Numbered from the stretch's first letter, positions 19,148-29,646 are shown. The stretch: DNA of 32,000 bases from Candidatus Portiera aleyrodidarum (GCF_000953295.1 NZ_LN649255.1:1-32000), one strand, 5' to 3'. Program-made: numbers and translations. Notes: a model not told the origin generated them from the letters alone.

Positions 19148-20286
19148 ATAAATAAATATTCGATTATTATTTGATAAACTTTAGTTAAAAGAACTATATC
19201 TGAAAATAAAATAGATTCATTTATTTTATGTATAGTTTTATTTTTTAATCCTAATTCTATAATTTGATGACAAATATTATAAATAAATCTACCATCTGAA
19301 ATCCCTCCACTTGTCTTTATTTTTGGTTTAAATTTACAAATATAATTTATTCCAAAATTTACAGCATTTAATAAATTTCCTTTTTTTGTTATATATGGTT
19401 CTCCTGAAATATACCATTTTATATTATAATCTTTATTATTTTTTAAATTAAATAATAAAAAAACTTTCTTTACTTTTTTTTTTATTTCATTTACTGTAAT
19501 TTCATTTGAAAATCTAAAATTACATAATAACTTTGCATATTTAGGTATTATATTATTTACACCCAATCCTGCATTAAAATTTGATATTTGAAAATTAGTT
19601 TTATAAAAATATTTATTACCTTTATCCCATTTTATCTTTAATAAATAATGAGCTATTTTTATTAATAAATGTATTGGATTTAATAAATTTTTTATATAAG
19701 CTATATGTCCTTGTACCCCATATACTCTAATTGTAGCATTTAATGAACCCCGTCTACCAATTTTTATTGTATCACATGTTTTAAAACTACTTGTCGGTTC
19801 ACCTATTAGACAATATTTTATTCTTTCTTTTCTTTCTATTAATTTATTAATCACATATTTAGTACCATATTTTCCATAGCCTTCTTCATCACTGGTTATT
19901 AAAAAAGCTAATTTACCATTAAATATAGGATATAATTTTAAAAACTGACATGTTGCAATTATCATAGCACCCAAACTTCCTTTCATATCTGCAATACCAC
20001 GTGATATAATATATCCTTCTTTATTTAAAGAAGGTATAAACGGATTATTTTTCCAGTCAATAATAGGGCCAGACGGAACAACATCAGAATGTCCAACCAA
20101 TAATAAAGTTTTATTTCCAAATCCTGTGGTAGCTAACAAATTAGTCACTCCTTTTTTATTAAAAAATTCTATATTAAAACCAAATTTTTTTAATATATTA
20201 CTAATTAATAATTGACAACCATAATCCTTAGGTGATAAGGATTTTTTTGAAAGCAAATTAAATATTAAATTTAAAAGATAAGACAT
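19129..20286 (-). CDS. dapE: Succinyl-diaminopimelate desuccinylase
   Basis: 385 aa M20 peptidase, collinear with E. coli DapE (LLLVGHSDVVP, RGIADMKGS, LAFLITSDEE, CLIGEPTS, GRRGSLN, YGVQGHIAY, TSGGISDGRF, TIHKINE). The 3' end, with stop TGA at 19129-19131, reads antisense into tRNA-Ala. Confidence 0.92.
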   Translation of the reverse strand: MSYLLNLIFNLLSKKSLSPKDYGCQLLISNILKKFGFNIEFFNKKGVTNLLATTGFGNKTLLLVGHSDVVPSGPIIDWKNNPFIPSLNKEGYIISRGIADMKGSLGAMIIATCQFLKLYPIFNGKLAFLITSDEEGYGKYGTKYVINKLIERKERIKYCLIGEPTSSFKTCDTIKIGRRGSLNATIRVYGVQGHIAYIKNLLNPIHLLIKIAHYLLKIKWDKGNKYFYKTNFQISNFNAGLGVNNIIPKYAKLLCNFRFSNEITVNEIKKKVKKVFLLFNLKNNKDYNIKWYISGEPYITKKGNLLNAVNFGINYICKFKPKIKTSGGISDGRFIYNICHQIIELGLKNKTIHKINESILFSDIVLLTKVYQIIIEYLFIGAKEI

Positions 20287-20288
20287 TT

Positions 20289-21323
20289 TTAATTTTTTTT
20301 ATGTAAATTTTTATTAAGTTTAACTTTTTTTTTATTTATACGACATTCTATTTTTCCTGTTATAGAATTTCTCATAAATAATAACTTATTTTTATAAGAT
20401 AATTTTTTAGCTTTTACTATTTTTATTAAATTATTATTTAAATTTAAAACAGATATTTTTGAAGTTGATGTTATATATAACCCAGCTTCAATAATACAAT
20501 TATTCCCTAACGGTATCCCACATCCAGCATTTGCTCCTATTAAACAATTTTTTCCGATAGATATTAAAATTTTTCCCCCACCTGATAATGTTCCTAAAGT
20601 AGAAGAACCCCCTCCTAAATCTGAATTTTTATTTATAAAAACACCTGATGAAATACGGCCTTCAATCATACCTGGCCCTTTAGTACCTGCATTAAAATTA
20701 CAAAATCCCTCATGCATTACGGTTGTTCCTTTACCTAAATAAGCACCAAGCCGTATTCTAGATGTATCTGCTATTCTTACAGTCATTGGAATAATATAAT
20801 CTGTGAGTTTAGGAAATTTATCAATACTAAATATAGTAATATTTTTTAAGTTATATTTAATTTGTTTTTTTTTTAAATCTTCAATATCTATTGGTCCGAT
20901 ATTAGACCAAGCTATCGTTTTCATAATATTAAACATACCAAATAAATTAATTGTATTTGGTTTACATAATCTATAAGACATTAAATGTAATTTTAAATAA
21001 ATATCAGGAATATTTAAAGGTTTTTTATCATATAAAATAAAAGTATAAATTAATTTTTTTTTAGTTTTTATAAAGTTTTTTATTTTTTTTGCTTTATTTA
21101 ATTCTCCAATATTAATTAATTCTAAATATAAAATTAATAAATCTTTATTAGATAAATATAAATTAAAACTGTTTGATATAATTTTTATATTAAATTTTAA
21201 TTTATTTAATAAATTTTTTATAAAAAATGGATATGGATATATTATTGTAAAAGGATAATAAACTTCTAATATCTCATTTTTATAATTTTTCGTTGCTATT
21301 CCTAAACCAAAACTAAATATCAT
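20289..21323 (-). CDS. dapD: 2,3,4,5-tetrahydropyridine-2,6-dicarboxylate N-succinyltransferase (long, about 344-aa form)
   Basis: 344 aa. C-terminal left-handed beta-helix hexapeptide repeats (GAYLGKGTTVMHEGFCNFNAGT, GRISSGVFI, LIGANAGCGIPLG). The extended N-terminal domain and length match the Pseudomonas-type DapD rather than the 274-aa E. coli type. Confidence 0.9.
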   Translation of the reverse strand: MIFSFGLGIATKNYKNEILEVYYPFTIIYPYPFFIKNLLNKLKFNIKIISNSFNLYLSNKDLLILYLELINIGELNKAKKIKNFIKTKKKLIYTFILYDKKPLNIPDIYLKLHLMSYRLCKPNTINLFGMFNIMKTIAWSNIGPIDIEDLKKKQIKYNLKNITIFSIDKFPKLTDYIIPMTVRIADTSRIRLGAYLGKGTTVMHEGFCNFNAGTKGPGMIEGRISSGVFINKNSDLGGGSSTLGTLSGGGKILISIGKNCLIGANAGCGIPLGNNCIIEAGLYITSTSKISVLNLNNNLIKIVKAKKLSYKNKLLFMRNSITGKIECRINKKKVKLNKNLHKKN

Positions 21324-21332
21324 AATAAATAT

Positions 21333-22115
21333 TTATCCTATAAATTTTTCATTTTTTCTAATTGTTGTAATAATAACACCTTTTTTTTTTATAATTAATG
21401 TATGCTCCCATTGAGCAGAAATACTTTTATCTTTTGTCAGAGTTGTCCAACCGTCATTTAATATTTTAATTGAATGTTTACCTATATTTATCATTGGTTC
21501 AACTGTTAAACACATTCCTTCTTTTAAAAAAATATCATTTTTATAATTGTAACCATTAAAATTAAGAACTTGAGGTTCTAAATGAAAATCTGTACCAATT
21601 CCATGTCCACAAAAATATTTTACAACACTAAATCCATTCTTTTTTGCATGATCTTGAATCATATTACCTATTTCAGAAAGTCTTACACCATCTCGCATAA
21701 TCGATATTGCTTTGTAAAGACATTCTTGTGTAACTTTACATAATTTATAACCTTTATTTCTCTTATTTCCAACTAAATACATAGCACTAGTATCTGCATA
21801 ATATCCATCTTTTTTTATTGTAACATCTATATTTAAAATATCATTTTTTTTTAATTTTTTTTTATAATTAGGAATTCCATGACAGACTATATTATTAAGA
21901 GATATACAAGTAGCATGTTGATAGCCTTTATAACCGATAGTAGCTGAAATACATTTATTTTTAGTTTCAATATATTTATGACAAATATTATTTAATTCTT
22001 CAGTATTTATACCAGGTTTAATATATTCAGAAATCATTTCTAAGATTTTTGCTGCTAATTTTCCTACAATTAGTAATTGTTTTATATCTTTTGATGAATA
22101 AATTTTAATATTCAT
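21333..22115 (-). CDS. map: Type I methionine aminopeptidase
   Basis: 260 aa. Pita-bread fold motifs (CHGIP, DVT..K.GYYADTS, FCGHGIG, TVEPMI, QWEHT). Divergent from rpsB as in E. coli and Pseudomonas. Confidence 0.93.
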   Translation of the reverse strand: MNIKIYSSKDIKQLLIVGKLAAKILEMISEYIKPGINTEELNNICHKYIETKNKCISATIGYKGYQHATCISLNNIVCHGIPNYKKKLKKNDILNIDVTIKKDGYYADTSAMYLVGNKRNKGYKLCKVTQECLYKAISIMRDGVRLSEIGNMIQDHAKKNGFSVVKYFCGHGIGTDFHLEPQVLNFNGYNYKNDIFLKEGMCLTVEPMINIGKHSIKILNDGWTTLTKDKSISAQWEHTLIIKKKGVIITTIRKNEKFIG

Positions 22116-22203
22116 ATTTATTTATTTTTATAATGTTATAAAATTTATTTAATAAATAATATAATATATTTATTAATATTAATATATAAGGAATAATATT
22201 TTT

Positions 22204-22890
22204 ATGATAATTAATATGCATGATTTATTAAAAGCTGGTGCACATTTTGGTCATCAAACCAAATTTTGGAATCCAAAAATGAAAAAATATATATATGGAG
22301 TTAATAATAAAATTCACATTCTAAATTTAGAATATACCTTATTTGCTCTTAAAAAAGTTAATGAAATTATAAAAAAAATTATGATGAATAATAAAAAAAT
22401 AATTTTTGTTGGTACAAAAAAAGCTGCTAATTTAATTATTTGTGAAGAAGCAAAAAAGGTTAATCAACCTTATGTTAATAATAGGTGGTTAGGTGGGATG
22501 TTAACTAATTATAAAACTATTAGGCAATCAATAAAAAAATTACGTGAATTAGAATTAATGCGAGATAATGGAATCTTAAAGAAATTAACAAAAAAAGAAA
22601 TTTTATTAACAAATAGAAAATTACAAAAATTAGAAAAAGATTTAGGTGGAATTAAAAATATGATTGGTTTGCCTGAAGCATTGTTTGTAATTGATGTAAA
22701 TAAAGAAAGAATTGCTATAAATGAAGCTAACAAACTTGGTATATTAGTAATTGGTATTGTTGATACAAATTCTAATCCAGATGGTATAGATTATATAATC
22801 CCTGGAAATGATGATTCTATTAATGCTATAAAAATATATACAAAAATTATAGCAACTTATTGTAAAAAAAATAAAGAAAAATATAGGTAA
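22204..22890 (+). CDS. rpsB: 30S ribosomal protein S2
   Basis: 228 aa. N-terminal [19 protein letters not shown] is the S2 signature. AAGGA lies upstream. tsf follows. Confidence 0.95.
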   Translation: MIINMHDLLKAGAHFGHQTKFWNPKMKKYIYGVNNKIHILNLEYTLFALKKVNEIIKKIMMNNKKIIFVGTKKAANLIICEEAKKVNQPYVNNRWLGGMLTNYKTIRQSIKKLRELELMRDNGILKKLTKKEILLTNRKLQKLEKDLGGIKNMIGLPEALFVIDVNKERIAINEANKLGILVIGIVDTNSNPDGIDYIIPGNDDSINAIKIYTKIIATYCKKNKEKYR

Positions 22891-22897
22891 ATTTTTT

Positions 22898-23686
22898 ATG
22901 ACTTATATAAATTTAATAAAAAAATTAAGAACTAGTACTGGCTTAGGTATCATGACATGTAAAAAAGCCCTCCAGAAGTATAAAGGTAATATAAATTTAG
23001 CTATAAATTATTTACTTACTATACATAAGTTAAAATATAAAGAAAATCTTCCAAAAGAAGGAAGAATAAATATAAAAGTTTCAAAAAATTATAAAATTTT
23101 AATGTTAGAAATTAATTGTGAAACAGATTTTGTATCAAATGATATTAATTTTATACGTTTTGTAAATAAAGTTACAAATAAAGCTTTATATACTAATCAA
23201 GAAAATATAAAAAAATTAATTAATGGGAAATTAGAATTAGATAGAAAAATTTTAATAAAAAAATTAAAAGAAAATATTATCGTACGTAAATTAGTTTTAA
23301 TTAATCTAAATAAAGATACTAATAAAACAATAGGTTATTACAATCATAAAAATCGGCTAGGTGCTTTAGTAATTATAAAAGATTGTAATGTTAAAATTGC
23401 AAAGGATATTGCAATGCAAATTGTCGCTACCAATCCTAATGTAATTTATATTAAAGAGTTTACAAATGAAGAAATAAAAAAAGAAATATTATTTCTTATA
23501 TCCAATATAAAAAATAAACCTTTAAATTTAATTAATAAAATAATAAAAAATAAATTAAAAAATTATTTAAAAAATAATAGTTTAGTTAATCAAAATTTTA
23601 TAAAAATTCCTAATATGAAAATTTCAAATTATTTATTAAAAATTAGTAAAATAATAAAATTCTTTAGATTTGAAATAGGTAAATAA
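22898..23686 (+). CDS. tsf: Translation elongation factor Ts
   Basis: 262 aa. N-terminal UBA-like domain (IKKLRTSTGLGIMTCKKAL), the LEINCETDFV motif, and position between rpsB and frr. Confidence 0.9.
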   Translation: MTYINLIKKLRTSTGLGIMTCKKALQKYKGNINLAINYLLTIHKLKYKENLPKEGRINIKVSKNYKILMLEINCETDFVSNDINFIRFVNKVTNKALYTNQENIKKLINGKLELDRKILIKKLKENIIVRKLVLINLNKDTNKTIGYYNHKNRLGALVIIKDCNVKIAKDIAMQIVATNPNVIYIKEFTNEEIKKEILFLISNIKNKPLNLINKIIKNKLKNYLKNNSLVNQNFIKIPNMKISNYLLKISKIIKFFRFEIGK

Positions 23687-23688
23687 AA

Positions 23689-24240
23689 ATGGAGAATTTT
23701 ATAAAAAAAACTTCAAATTTAATGGAAAAAAGCATTAGTTTATTAACTTTAAATTTTAATCAAATTCGTACACATAAAATAAATCCAGAAATCTTATATA
23801 AGATAACTATTAATTATAATGGAAAAAAAACAAAATTAAAAAAAATATCTAATATTTATATTGAAAATTCACATACTTTAATAATTAATCCTTGGGATTA
23901 TAAAATTATTAATGAAATAAAAAATACTATTTTTATAAAATTAGAAATAAATCCAATTATAAAAAACAATAATATTAAATTAATATTTCCTAACTTAACA
24001 GAAGAAACACGTAAAAAATATATTAAGAAAGCAAGATTATATGCAGAAAAAAGTAAAATATATATCCGTAATATACGTCGTGATATAAAAAATAATATAA
24101 AAAAAAAATTAAAAAATAAAATATATAATATAAATGAAGCTAAAAATTTAGAAAAAACTTTACAAAAGTTAACTGATAAATATATAAATTTTATTAAAAA
24201 TATATTAAAAAAAAAAGAAAAAGAATTAATAAAAATTTAA
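23689..24240 (+). CDS. frr: Ribosome recycling factor
   Basis: 183 aa, typical RRF length. Conserved-order position after tsf, RRF-like pattern (..P.L......V.YYG....L...A.I) and C-terminal IRNIRRD helix. Confidence 0.88.
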   Translation: MENFIKKTSNLMEKSISLLTLNFNQIRTHKINPEILYKITINYNGKKTKLKKISNIYIENSHTLIINPWDYKIINEIKNTIFIKLEINPIIKNNNIKLIFPNLTEETRKKYIKKARLYAEKSKIYIRNIRRDIKNNIKKKLKNKIYNINEAKNLEKTLQKLTDKYINFIKNILKKKEKELIKI

Positions 24241-24286
24241 TATATTTTTAAAAAAAAAAGAAAAAGAATTAATGACAAATTTTATT
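24201..24286. repeat. Imperfect tandem duplication spanning the frr 3' end and the dnaE start
   Basis: The exact 24-mer aaaaaaaaaagaaaaagaattaat occurs at 24207-24230 and 24250-24273. Both copies are preceded by tatatt (24201-24206; 24241-24246, with an extra ttt in copy 2) and followed by a similar aaattt stretch. Confidence 0.8.
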
Positions 24287-27070
24287 CATTTGCGAATACA
24301 TAGTGAATATTCTTTAAGAAATAGTATTATTAAAATTAATTCTTTAATTTATAATATAAAAAAAATGAATATACCTGCAGTTTGTATAACTGATGAAAAC
24401 AATATATTTAGTTTAATTAAAGTTTATAAGAAATCTATAAAAAATGGGATTAAACAAATTATAGGTTGTGATTTACATATAAATTCTAAAAATAAAATTT
24501 ATAAAATAACTTTATTAGCTATGAACAATCTTGGATATAAGAATTTAATAAAATTAATTACATTATCTTGTAAAGATATATTAATAAAAAAATATATATT
24601 TAAATACTCCGAAGGATTAATTGTACTTTCTGGTGCTAGTAAAGGTGAAATAGGTTATTTTTTACTTTCAAATAATAAAAAAAAAGCTAATTTAATTATA
24701 GATCAATGGAAAAAATTTTTTCATAATTGTTTTTATTTAGAATTACAAAGAATAGGTTTAAAAAATGAAGAAGAATTATTATATAAATCAATAGATTTAG
24801 CTATAAAAAAAAATATTCCTGTAGTTGCAACAAATGATGTGATGTTTATAAAAAAAGAAGATTATTATATCCATCAAACAAGAGTTGCTATAAGTGAAGG
24901 GAAATTAATAAAAAAAAATTTTTATAGTAAAGAACAATATTTAAAAACACCTAATGAAATGATTCATTTATTTAAAGATATTCCAGAAGCTATTGAAAAT
25001 AGTATAATGATTGCCATGCGGTGTAATGTAAACTTAAATTTAAATAAAAAAAATGTTTGTTTTCCAAAATTTAAGTTATCTAAAAATATAAATATAAAAA
25101 AATATTTTATATATCTATCAAATAAAGGATTAAATAATCGGTTAATAAAAAATAATATATTAAAAAATAAAAAAATTATAAAATATAAAAATAGATTATA
25201 TAAAGAAATTAATCTTATAAAAAAAATGGGGTTTATTGAATATTTTTTAATAGTAATGGATTTTATTAAATGGGCTAAAAAAACAAAAATCCCAGTAGGT
25301 CCAGGTAGAGGTTCTGGAGCAGGATCTTTAGTTGCTTATTCTTTAGAAATAACAGATATTGACCCTATAAAATATGATCTTTTATTTGAAAGATTTCTTA
25401 ATTCTGAAAGAATTAATCTGCCAGATTTTGATGTGGATTTTTGTATGATAAAACGTGATAAAGTAATAAAATATGTAACTAAATTATATGGTAAAAAATT
25501 AGTTGCACATATTGTTACATTTAGTACAATGACCGCAAAATCAGTAATAAGAGATGTAACTAGAGTTAAAGGTAAACCTTATTGGCTAGGTGAGAAATTA
25601 TCAAAATTAATACCTTTTGATTCAAGTATAACATTAAATAAAGCTTTTGAAAACTCATTAGAATTAAGAAATTTAATTAAAAATAATGAAGAAGCTAATG
25701 AAATATGGGAAATGTCTTTAGCGTTAGAAGGTATAATTAAAGGAATAGGTAAACACGCAGGTGGTATAATAATTGCACCAAAGTTTTTAGGAAATTATTC
25801 TCCACTATTGAGTGATGATAAAGGAAAAAATATAATACAATTTGATAAAAATGATATTAAATATTTAGGTTTTATTAAATTTGATTTTTTAGGATTGAGG
25901 ACCTTAACTGTTATAAATTATACTTTAATTTTAATTAATAAATCAATTAATAAAAAAATTAATATAAATAATATTCCATTAAATGATTTAAACTCTTTTA
26001 AATTATTAAAAAAAGCTGAAACGACTTCTATTTTTCAATTAGAATCACAAGGTATGAAAGTATTAATAAAAAAAATTAAACCAAATAATATTAATGATAT
26101 AATTTCATTAATAGCGTTATTTAGACCAGGCCCTTTAAATTCAGGGATGGTAGATGAATTTATAAAAAGAAAAATTGGAAAAAAAATAAAGTTTTCTTAT
26201 TATAAGATAATAGAACCTATATTAAAATCAACTTATGGAATAATTTTATATCAAGAACAAGTAATGAAAATTACTAATTTATTAACTGGGTTTAGTCTTG
26301 GAAAATCAGATTTATTTCGTCGTGCCATAGAAAAAAATAAAAATATAAAAAAACATCGTATAAATTTTATAAAGAATTGTATTAAGAATAATATAAAAAA
26401 ATATATTGCAATAAAAATTTTTGAAATTATAAAGAAATTTGCAGGGTATGGATTTAATAAATCACATTCAACTGCTTATGGATTAATTTCTTACAAAACA
26501 ATTTGGTTAAAAAGTAATTATCCTAGTCAATATATGGCATCAGTATTATCTAGTGAAATGTATAAGATTGAGAAATTAATACCAATTATCTTAGAATGTA
26601 AAAGAATGAAATTAAATATTTTACCGCCTAATATAAATATTAGTAATTATAAATTTAGTGTTGATAAGAAAAATAATATTATTTATGGGTTAGGTGCTAT
26701 TAAAGGTATAGGTAAAGAATTTATTAAAGAAATTCTTATTAAGAGAAAAAAAAATGGTATTTTTTATGATTTATTTGATTTTTGTAAACGTATAAATATA
26801 AAATATTTAAATAAACGTAATTTATCTGCTTTAATACTTTCTGGGAGTTTAGATAAAATAGGGCCATCTAGAGAAATTCTTTTCGATACTATTAAGACAG
26901 CTATAAAAATTGCTTATCAAAAAAAAAATAATATAAGAATGGGTATGAATGATTTATTTAATAATATAGAATATAAAAAATATGAATATACCAAACCTTT
27001 TAAAATTTTAGAAAAATTACAAGGAGAAAAAAATACTTTAGGAATATATATATCATTTATAAATTCTTAA
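24272..27070 (+). CDS. dnaE: DNA polymerase III alpha subunit, C-terminally truncated relative to free-living homologs
   Basis: 932 aa. N-terminal PHP domain (FIHLRIHSEYS), polymerase core (PVGPGRGSGAGSLVAYSLEITDIDP, LPDFDVDF, GKHAGG, FNKSHSTAYG) and internal clamp-binding-like MNDLF at aa 892-896. Stop TAA at 27068-27070, 4 nt before tilS. Confidence 0.93.
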   Translation: MTNFIHLRIHSEYSLRNSIIKINSLIYNIKKMNIPAVCITDENNIFSLIKVYKKSIKNGIKQIIGCDLHINSKNKIYKITLLAMNNLGYKNLIKLITLSCKDILIKKYIFKYSEGLIVLSGASKGEIGYFLLSNNKKKANLIIDQWKKFFHNCFYLELQRIGLKNEEELLYKSIDLAIKKNIPVVATNDVMFIKKEDYYIHQTRVAISEGKLIKKNFYSKEQYLKTPNEMIHLFKDIPEAIENSIMIAMRCNVNLNLNKKNVCFPKFKLSKNINIKKYFIYLSNKGLNNRLIKNNILKNKKIIKYKNRLYKEINLIKKMGFIEYFLIVMDFIKWAKKTKIPVGPGRGSGAGSLVAYSLEITDIDPIKYDLLFERFLNSERINLPDFDVDFCMIKRDKVIKYVTKLYGKKLVAHIVTFSTMTAKSVIRDVTRVKGKPYWLGEKLSKLIPFDSSITLNKAFENSLELRNLIKNNEEANEIWEMSLALEGIIKGIGKHAGGIIIAPKFLGNYSPLLSDDKGKNIIQFDKNDIKYLGFIKFDFLGLRTLTVINYTLILINKSINKKININNIPLNDLNSFKLLKKAETTSIFQLESQGMKVLIKKIKPNNINDIISLIALFRPGPLNSGMVDEFIKRKIGKKIKFSYYKIIEPILKSTYGIILYQEQVMKITNLLTGFSLGKSDLFRRAIEKNKNIKKHRINFIKNCIKNNIKKYIAIKIFEIIKKFAGYGFNKSHSTAYGLISYKTIWLKSNYPSQYMASVLSSEMYKIEKLIPIILECKRMKLNILPPNINISNYKFSVDKKNNIIYGLGAIKGIGKEFIKEILIKRKKNGIFYDLFDFCKRINIKYLNKRNLSALILSGSLDKIGPSREILFDTIKTAIKIAYQKKNNIRMGMNDLFNNIEYKKYEYTKPFKILEKLQGEKNTLGIYISFINS

Positions 27071-27074
27071 AAAG

Positions 27075-28328
27075 ATGAATTTTTCACAATATTATTTATA
27101 TACAATAATAAAAACTTTAAATATAAAAAAAATATGGATTGCTTTATCTGGTGGAATAGATAGTATATGTTTATTAGATATTACATATAAATCAGTAAAT
27201 AAATTAAAAAAAAATAATTTAATTCCTAAAATATATGCTCTTCATATAAATCATTACATGAATAAATATTCTGAAAAATGTGAAAAATTTTGTATTAAAT
27301 CTTGTGAGTTGTTTAATATCCCATTAATAATAAAAAGACAAAAAAAATATATTAAGAATATAGAATTATCAGCACGTACTTTTAGATATTTTTGGTTTAC
27401 TTATTATTTAAATAAATATGATGTTATTTTTATAGCACATAATAATGATGATCAAATAGAAAATTTTATGTTAAAAACAATAAAAGGATCTGGAATTAAT
27501 GGATTATCAAGTATTCCATATAAACGCAAATTGGGTGATGGTTTTCTAATTAGACCATTTTTAAATATATCACGTATAAATATTAAAAAGTATATAAAAA
27601 AATATAAAATTAATTGGTTTGAAGACAAAACAAATTTTAATATCAAGTTTGAGCGGAATTATTTAAGACATAATATAATACCTGAATTTAAAAAGAGATG
27701 GCCATATTTTAATATTACATTAACGAAATGTATTGAAAAGGTTAAAGAATCTAAAAAATTATTAAATGAATTTTCAAAAGAAATATTTAATTTTATTGGT
27801 TGTAATTCAAAAAAAATATATATAAAAAAATTAATAAAACTTTCTTATTGTAAAATAAGATATTTAATAATTTTTTGTTTAAAAAATCTAGGTTATATAA
27901 ATCCATCAAAAAAAAAAATAAATGAATTAATAAATCAAATATTAAATGCAAAATATTATTCTTCAATATTAATAAAATTTAATAAAATTGAAGTTAGATT
28001 TTGGAAAGGATTTTTATATTTTATATATTATTCATATTATAAATATAAACCTGAAAATATATTTTATAGTTGGAATTTATATTGTATTAAGAAATTTGAT
28101 AAATTAAATATTAAAATTTTTAATTTAAAAGGAGGAGAAAAAATAAAACATTATGGTAAAATAAAAAGGATAAAAAATTTATTACAAAAATTATCAATTC
28201 CACCTTGGGAACGTAATAAATTTATTATTGTTTATTATAAAGATAAAATAGTTGCTGCGTTAAATAAGAATTTTTCTTTAGTTACTGACAAGTGGATTGC
28301 TAAAATTAAAATAAAATATCCTTTTTAA
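27075..28328 (+). CDS. tilS: tRNA(Ile)-lysidine synthase
   Basis: 417 aa. N-terminal PP-loop ATPase motif (IALSGGIDS), HNNDDQIEN, and the conserved neighbourhood downstream of dnaE. Confidence 0.85.
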   Translation: MNFSQYYLYTIIKTLNIKKIWIALSGGIDSICLLDITYKSVNKLKKNNLIPKIYALHINHYMNKYSEKCEKFCIKSCELFNIPLIIKRQKKYIKNIELSARTFRYFWFTYYLNKYDVIFIAHNNDDQIENFMLKTIKGSGINGLSSIPYKRKLGDGFLIRPFLNISRINIKKYIKKYKINWFEDKTNFNIKFERNYLRHNIIPEFKKRWPYFNITLTKCIEKVKESKKLLNEFSKEIFNFIGCNSKKIYIKKLIKLSYCKIRYLIIFCLKNLGYINPSKKKINELINQILNAKYYSSILIKFNKIEVRFWKGFLYFIYYSYYKYKPENIFYSWNLYCIKKFDKLNIKIFNLKGGEKIKHYGKIKRIKNLLQKLSIPPWERNKFIIVYYKDKIVAALNKNFSLVTDKWIAKIKIKYPF

Positions 28329-28366
28329 TATGATAATATTAATTATTTTTTTTATAAAAATATAAA

Positions 28367-29623
28367 ATGAATTTAACTGAACTTAAAAAAAAAAATGTAC
28401 ATGAATTATTAGAATTAGCTATATCTATGAATATAGAAAATCTAATACGTTATAGAAAACAAGATATTATATTTGCTATTCTTAAAAAACATGCAGAAGG
28501 AGGAGAAGATATTTATGGAGAAGGAGTTTTAGAAATATTACAAGAAGGTTTTGGTTTTTTAAGAAGTTCTGATAGTTCTTATCAATCAGGTCCAGACGAT
28601 ATATATGTTTCTCCTTCACAAATTAGACGGTTTAATCTACGTAAAGGTGATAGTATATCTGGGAAAATACGTCCTCCCAAAGATGGTGAAAGATATTTTG
28701 CTTTATTAAAAGTAAATAAAATTAATTTTGATAGAATAGAAACAGTTAAAAAAAAAATTTTATTTGAAAATTTAACTCCATTATTTCCAAATTATAGATT
28801 ACTTATGGAAATTGGTAATGGTTCTACTGAAGATTTAACTTCTAGAATCTTAGATTTAGTTGCTCCAATCGGCAAAGGTCAACGGGGCTTAATTGTTTCT
28901 CCTCCAAAAGCTGGGAAGACCATGATGATGCAAAATATAGCTAATGCAATAGTAAGAAATAGCCCTGAATGCTATTTAATTGTTTTACTAATTGATGAAC
29001 GTCCTGAAGAAGTAACAGAAATGTCTAGAACTGTAAGAGGAGAAGTTATAGCATCTACTTTTGATGAGCCACCTACTAGACATGTTCAGTTAGCTGAAAT
29101 GGTTATAGAAAAAGCTAAAAGATTAGTTGAACATAAAAAAGATGTAGTTATTATGTTAGATTCTCTTACACGTTTAGCAAGAGCTTATAATACAGTAGTG
29201 CCATCTTCTGGTAAAGTCTTAACTGGTGGAGTAGATTCAAATGCTCTTGAAAAACCTAAACGATTTTTTGGTGTTGCACGTAATATAGAAGAAGGTGGTA
29301 GTTTAACTATTTTAGCATCTGCTTTAATAGATACTGGGTCAAAAATGGATGATATAATTTTTGAAGAATTTAAAGGTACAGGTAATATGGAAGCACATTT
29401 AGATCGGAAATTAGCAGAAAAAAGAGTTTTTCCTGCAATAAATATTAGAAGGTCTGGAACGCGTAGAGAAGATTTATTATGTAGTGAAGAAGAAATACAA
29501 AGAATGTGGATTTTACGGAAATTATTGCATACAATGGAAGATGTAGCAGCAACTGAATTATTAATAGATAGATTAAAAAATACTAAAAATAATATAGAAT
29601 TTTTTGAATCAATGAAACGTTAA
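28367..29623 (+). CDS. rho: Transcription termination factor Rho
   Basis: 418 aa, highly conserved. N-terminal [18 protein letters not shown]-binding GFGFLR, Walker A PPKAGKT, Walker [15 protein letters not shown] and the C-terminal ESMKR ending. Confidence 0.97.
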   Translation: MNLTELKKKNVHELLELAISMNIENLIRYRKQDIIFAILKKHAEGGEDIYGEGVLEILQEGFGFLRSSDSSYQSGPDDIYVSPSQIRRFNLRKGDSISGKIRPPKDGERYFALLKVNKINFDRIETVKKKILFENLTPLFPNYRLLMEIGNGSTEDLTSRILDLVAPIGKGQRGLIVSPPKAGKTMMMQNIANAIVRNSPECYLIVLLIDERPEEVTEMSRTVRGEVIASTFDEPPTRHVQLAEMVIEKAKRLVEHKKDVVIMLDSLTRLARAYNTVVPSSGKVLTGGVDSNALEKPKRFFGVARNIEEGGSLTILASALIDTGSKMDDIIFEEFKGTGNMEAHLDRKLAEKRVFPAINIRRSGTRREDLLCSEEEIQRMWILRKLLHTMEDVAATELLIDRLKNTKNNIEFFESMKR

Positions 29624-29646
29624 GACATTTATTAAGGAAGTTAGTT

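Noticed and set aside
22509-22733. 74-aa ORF antisense within rpsB
   Set aside because: It lies inside the conserved S2 coding sequence and has no motifs or start context.
27452-27646. 64-aa ORF antisense within tilS
   Set aside because: It lies inside tilS and has no independent support.
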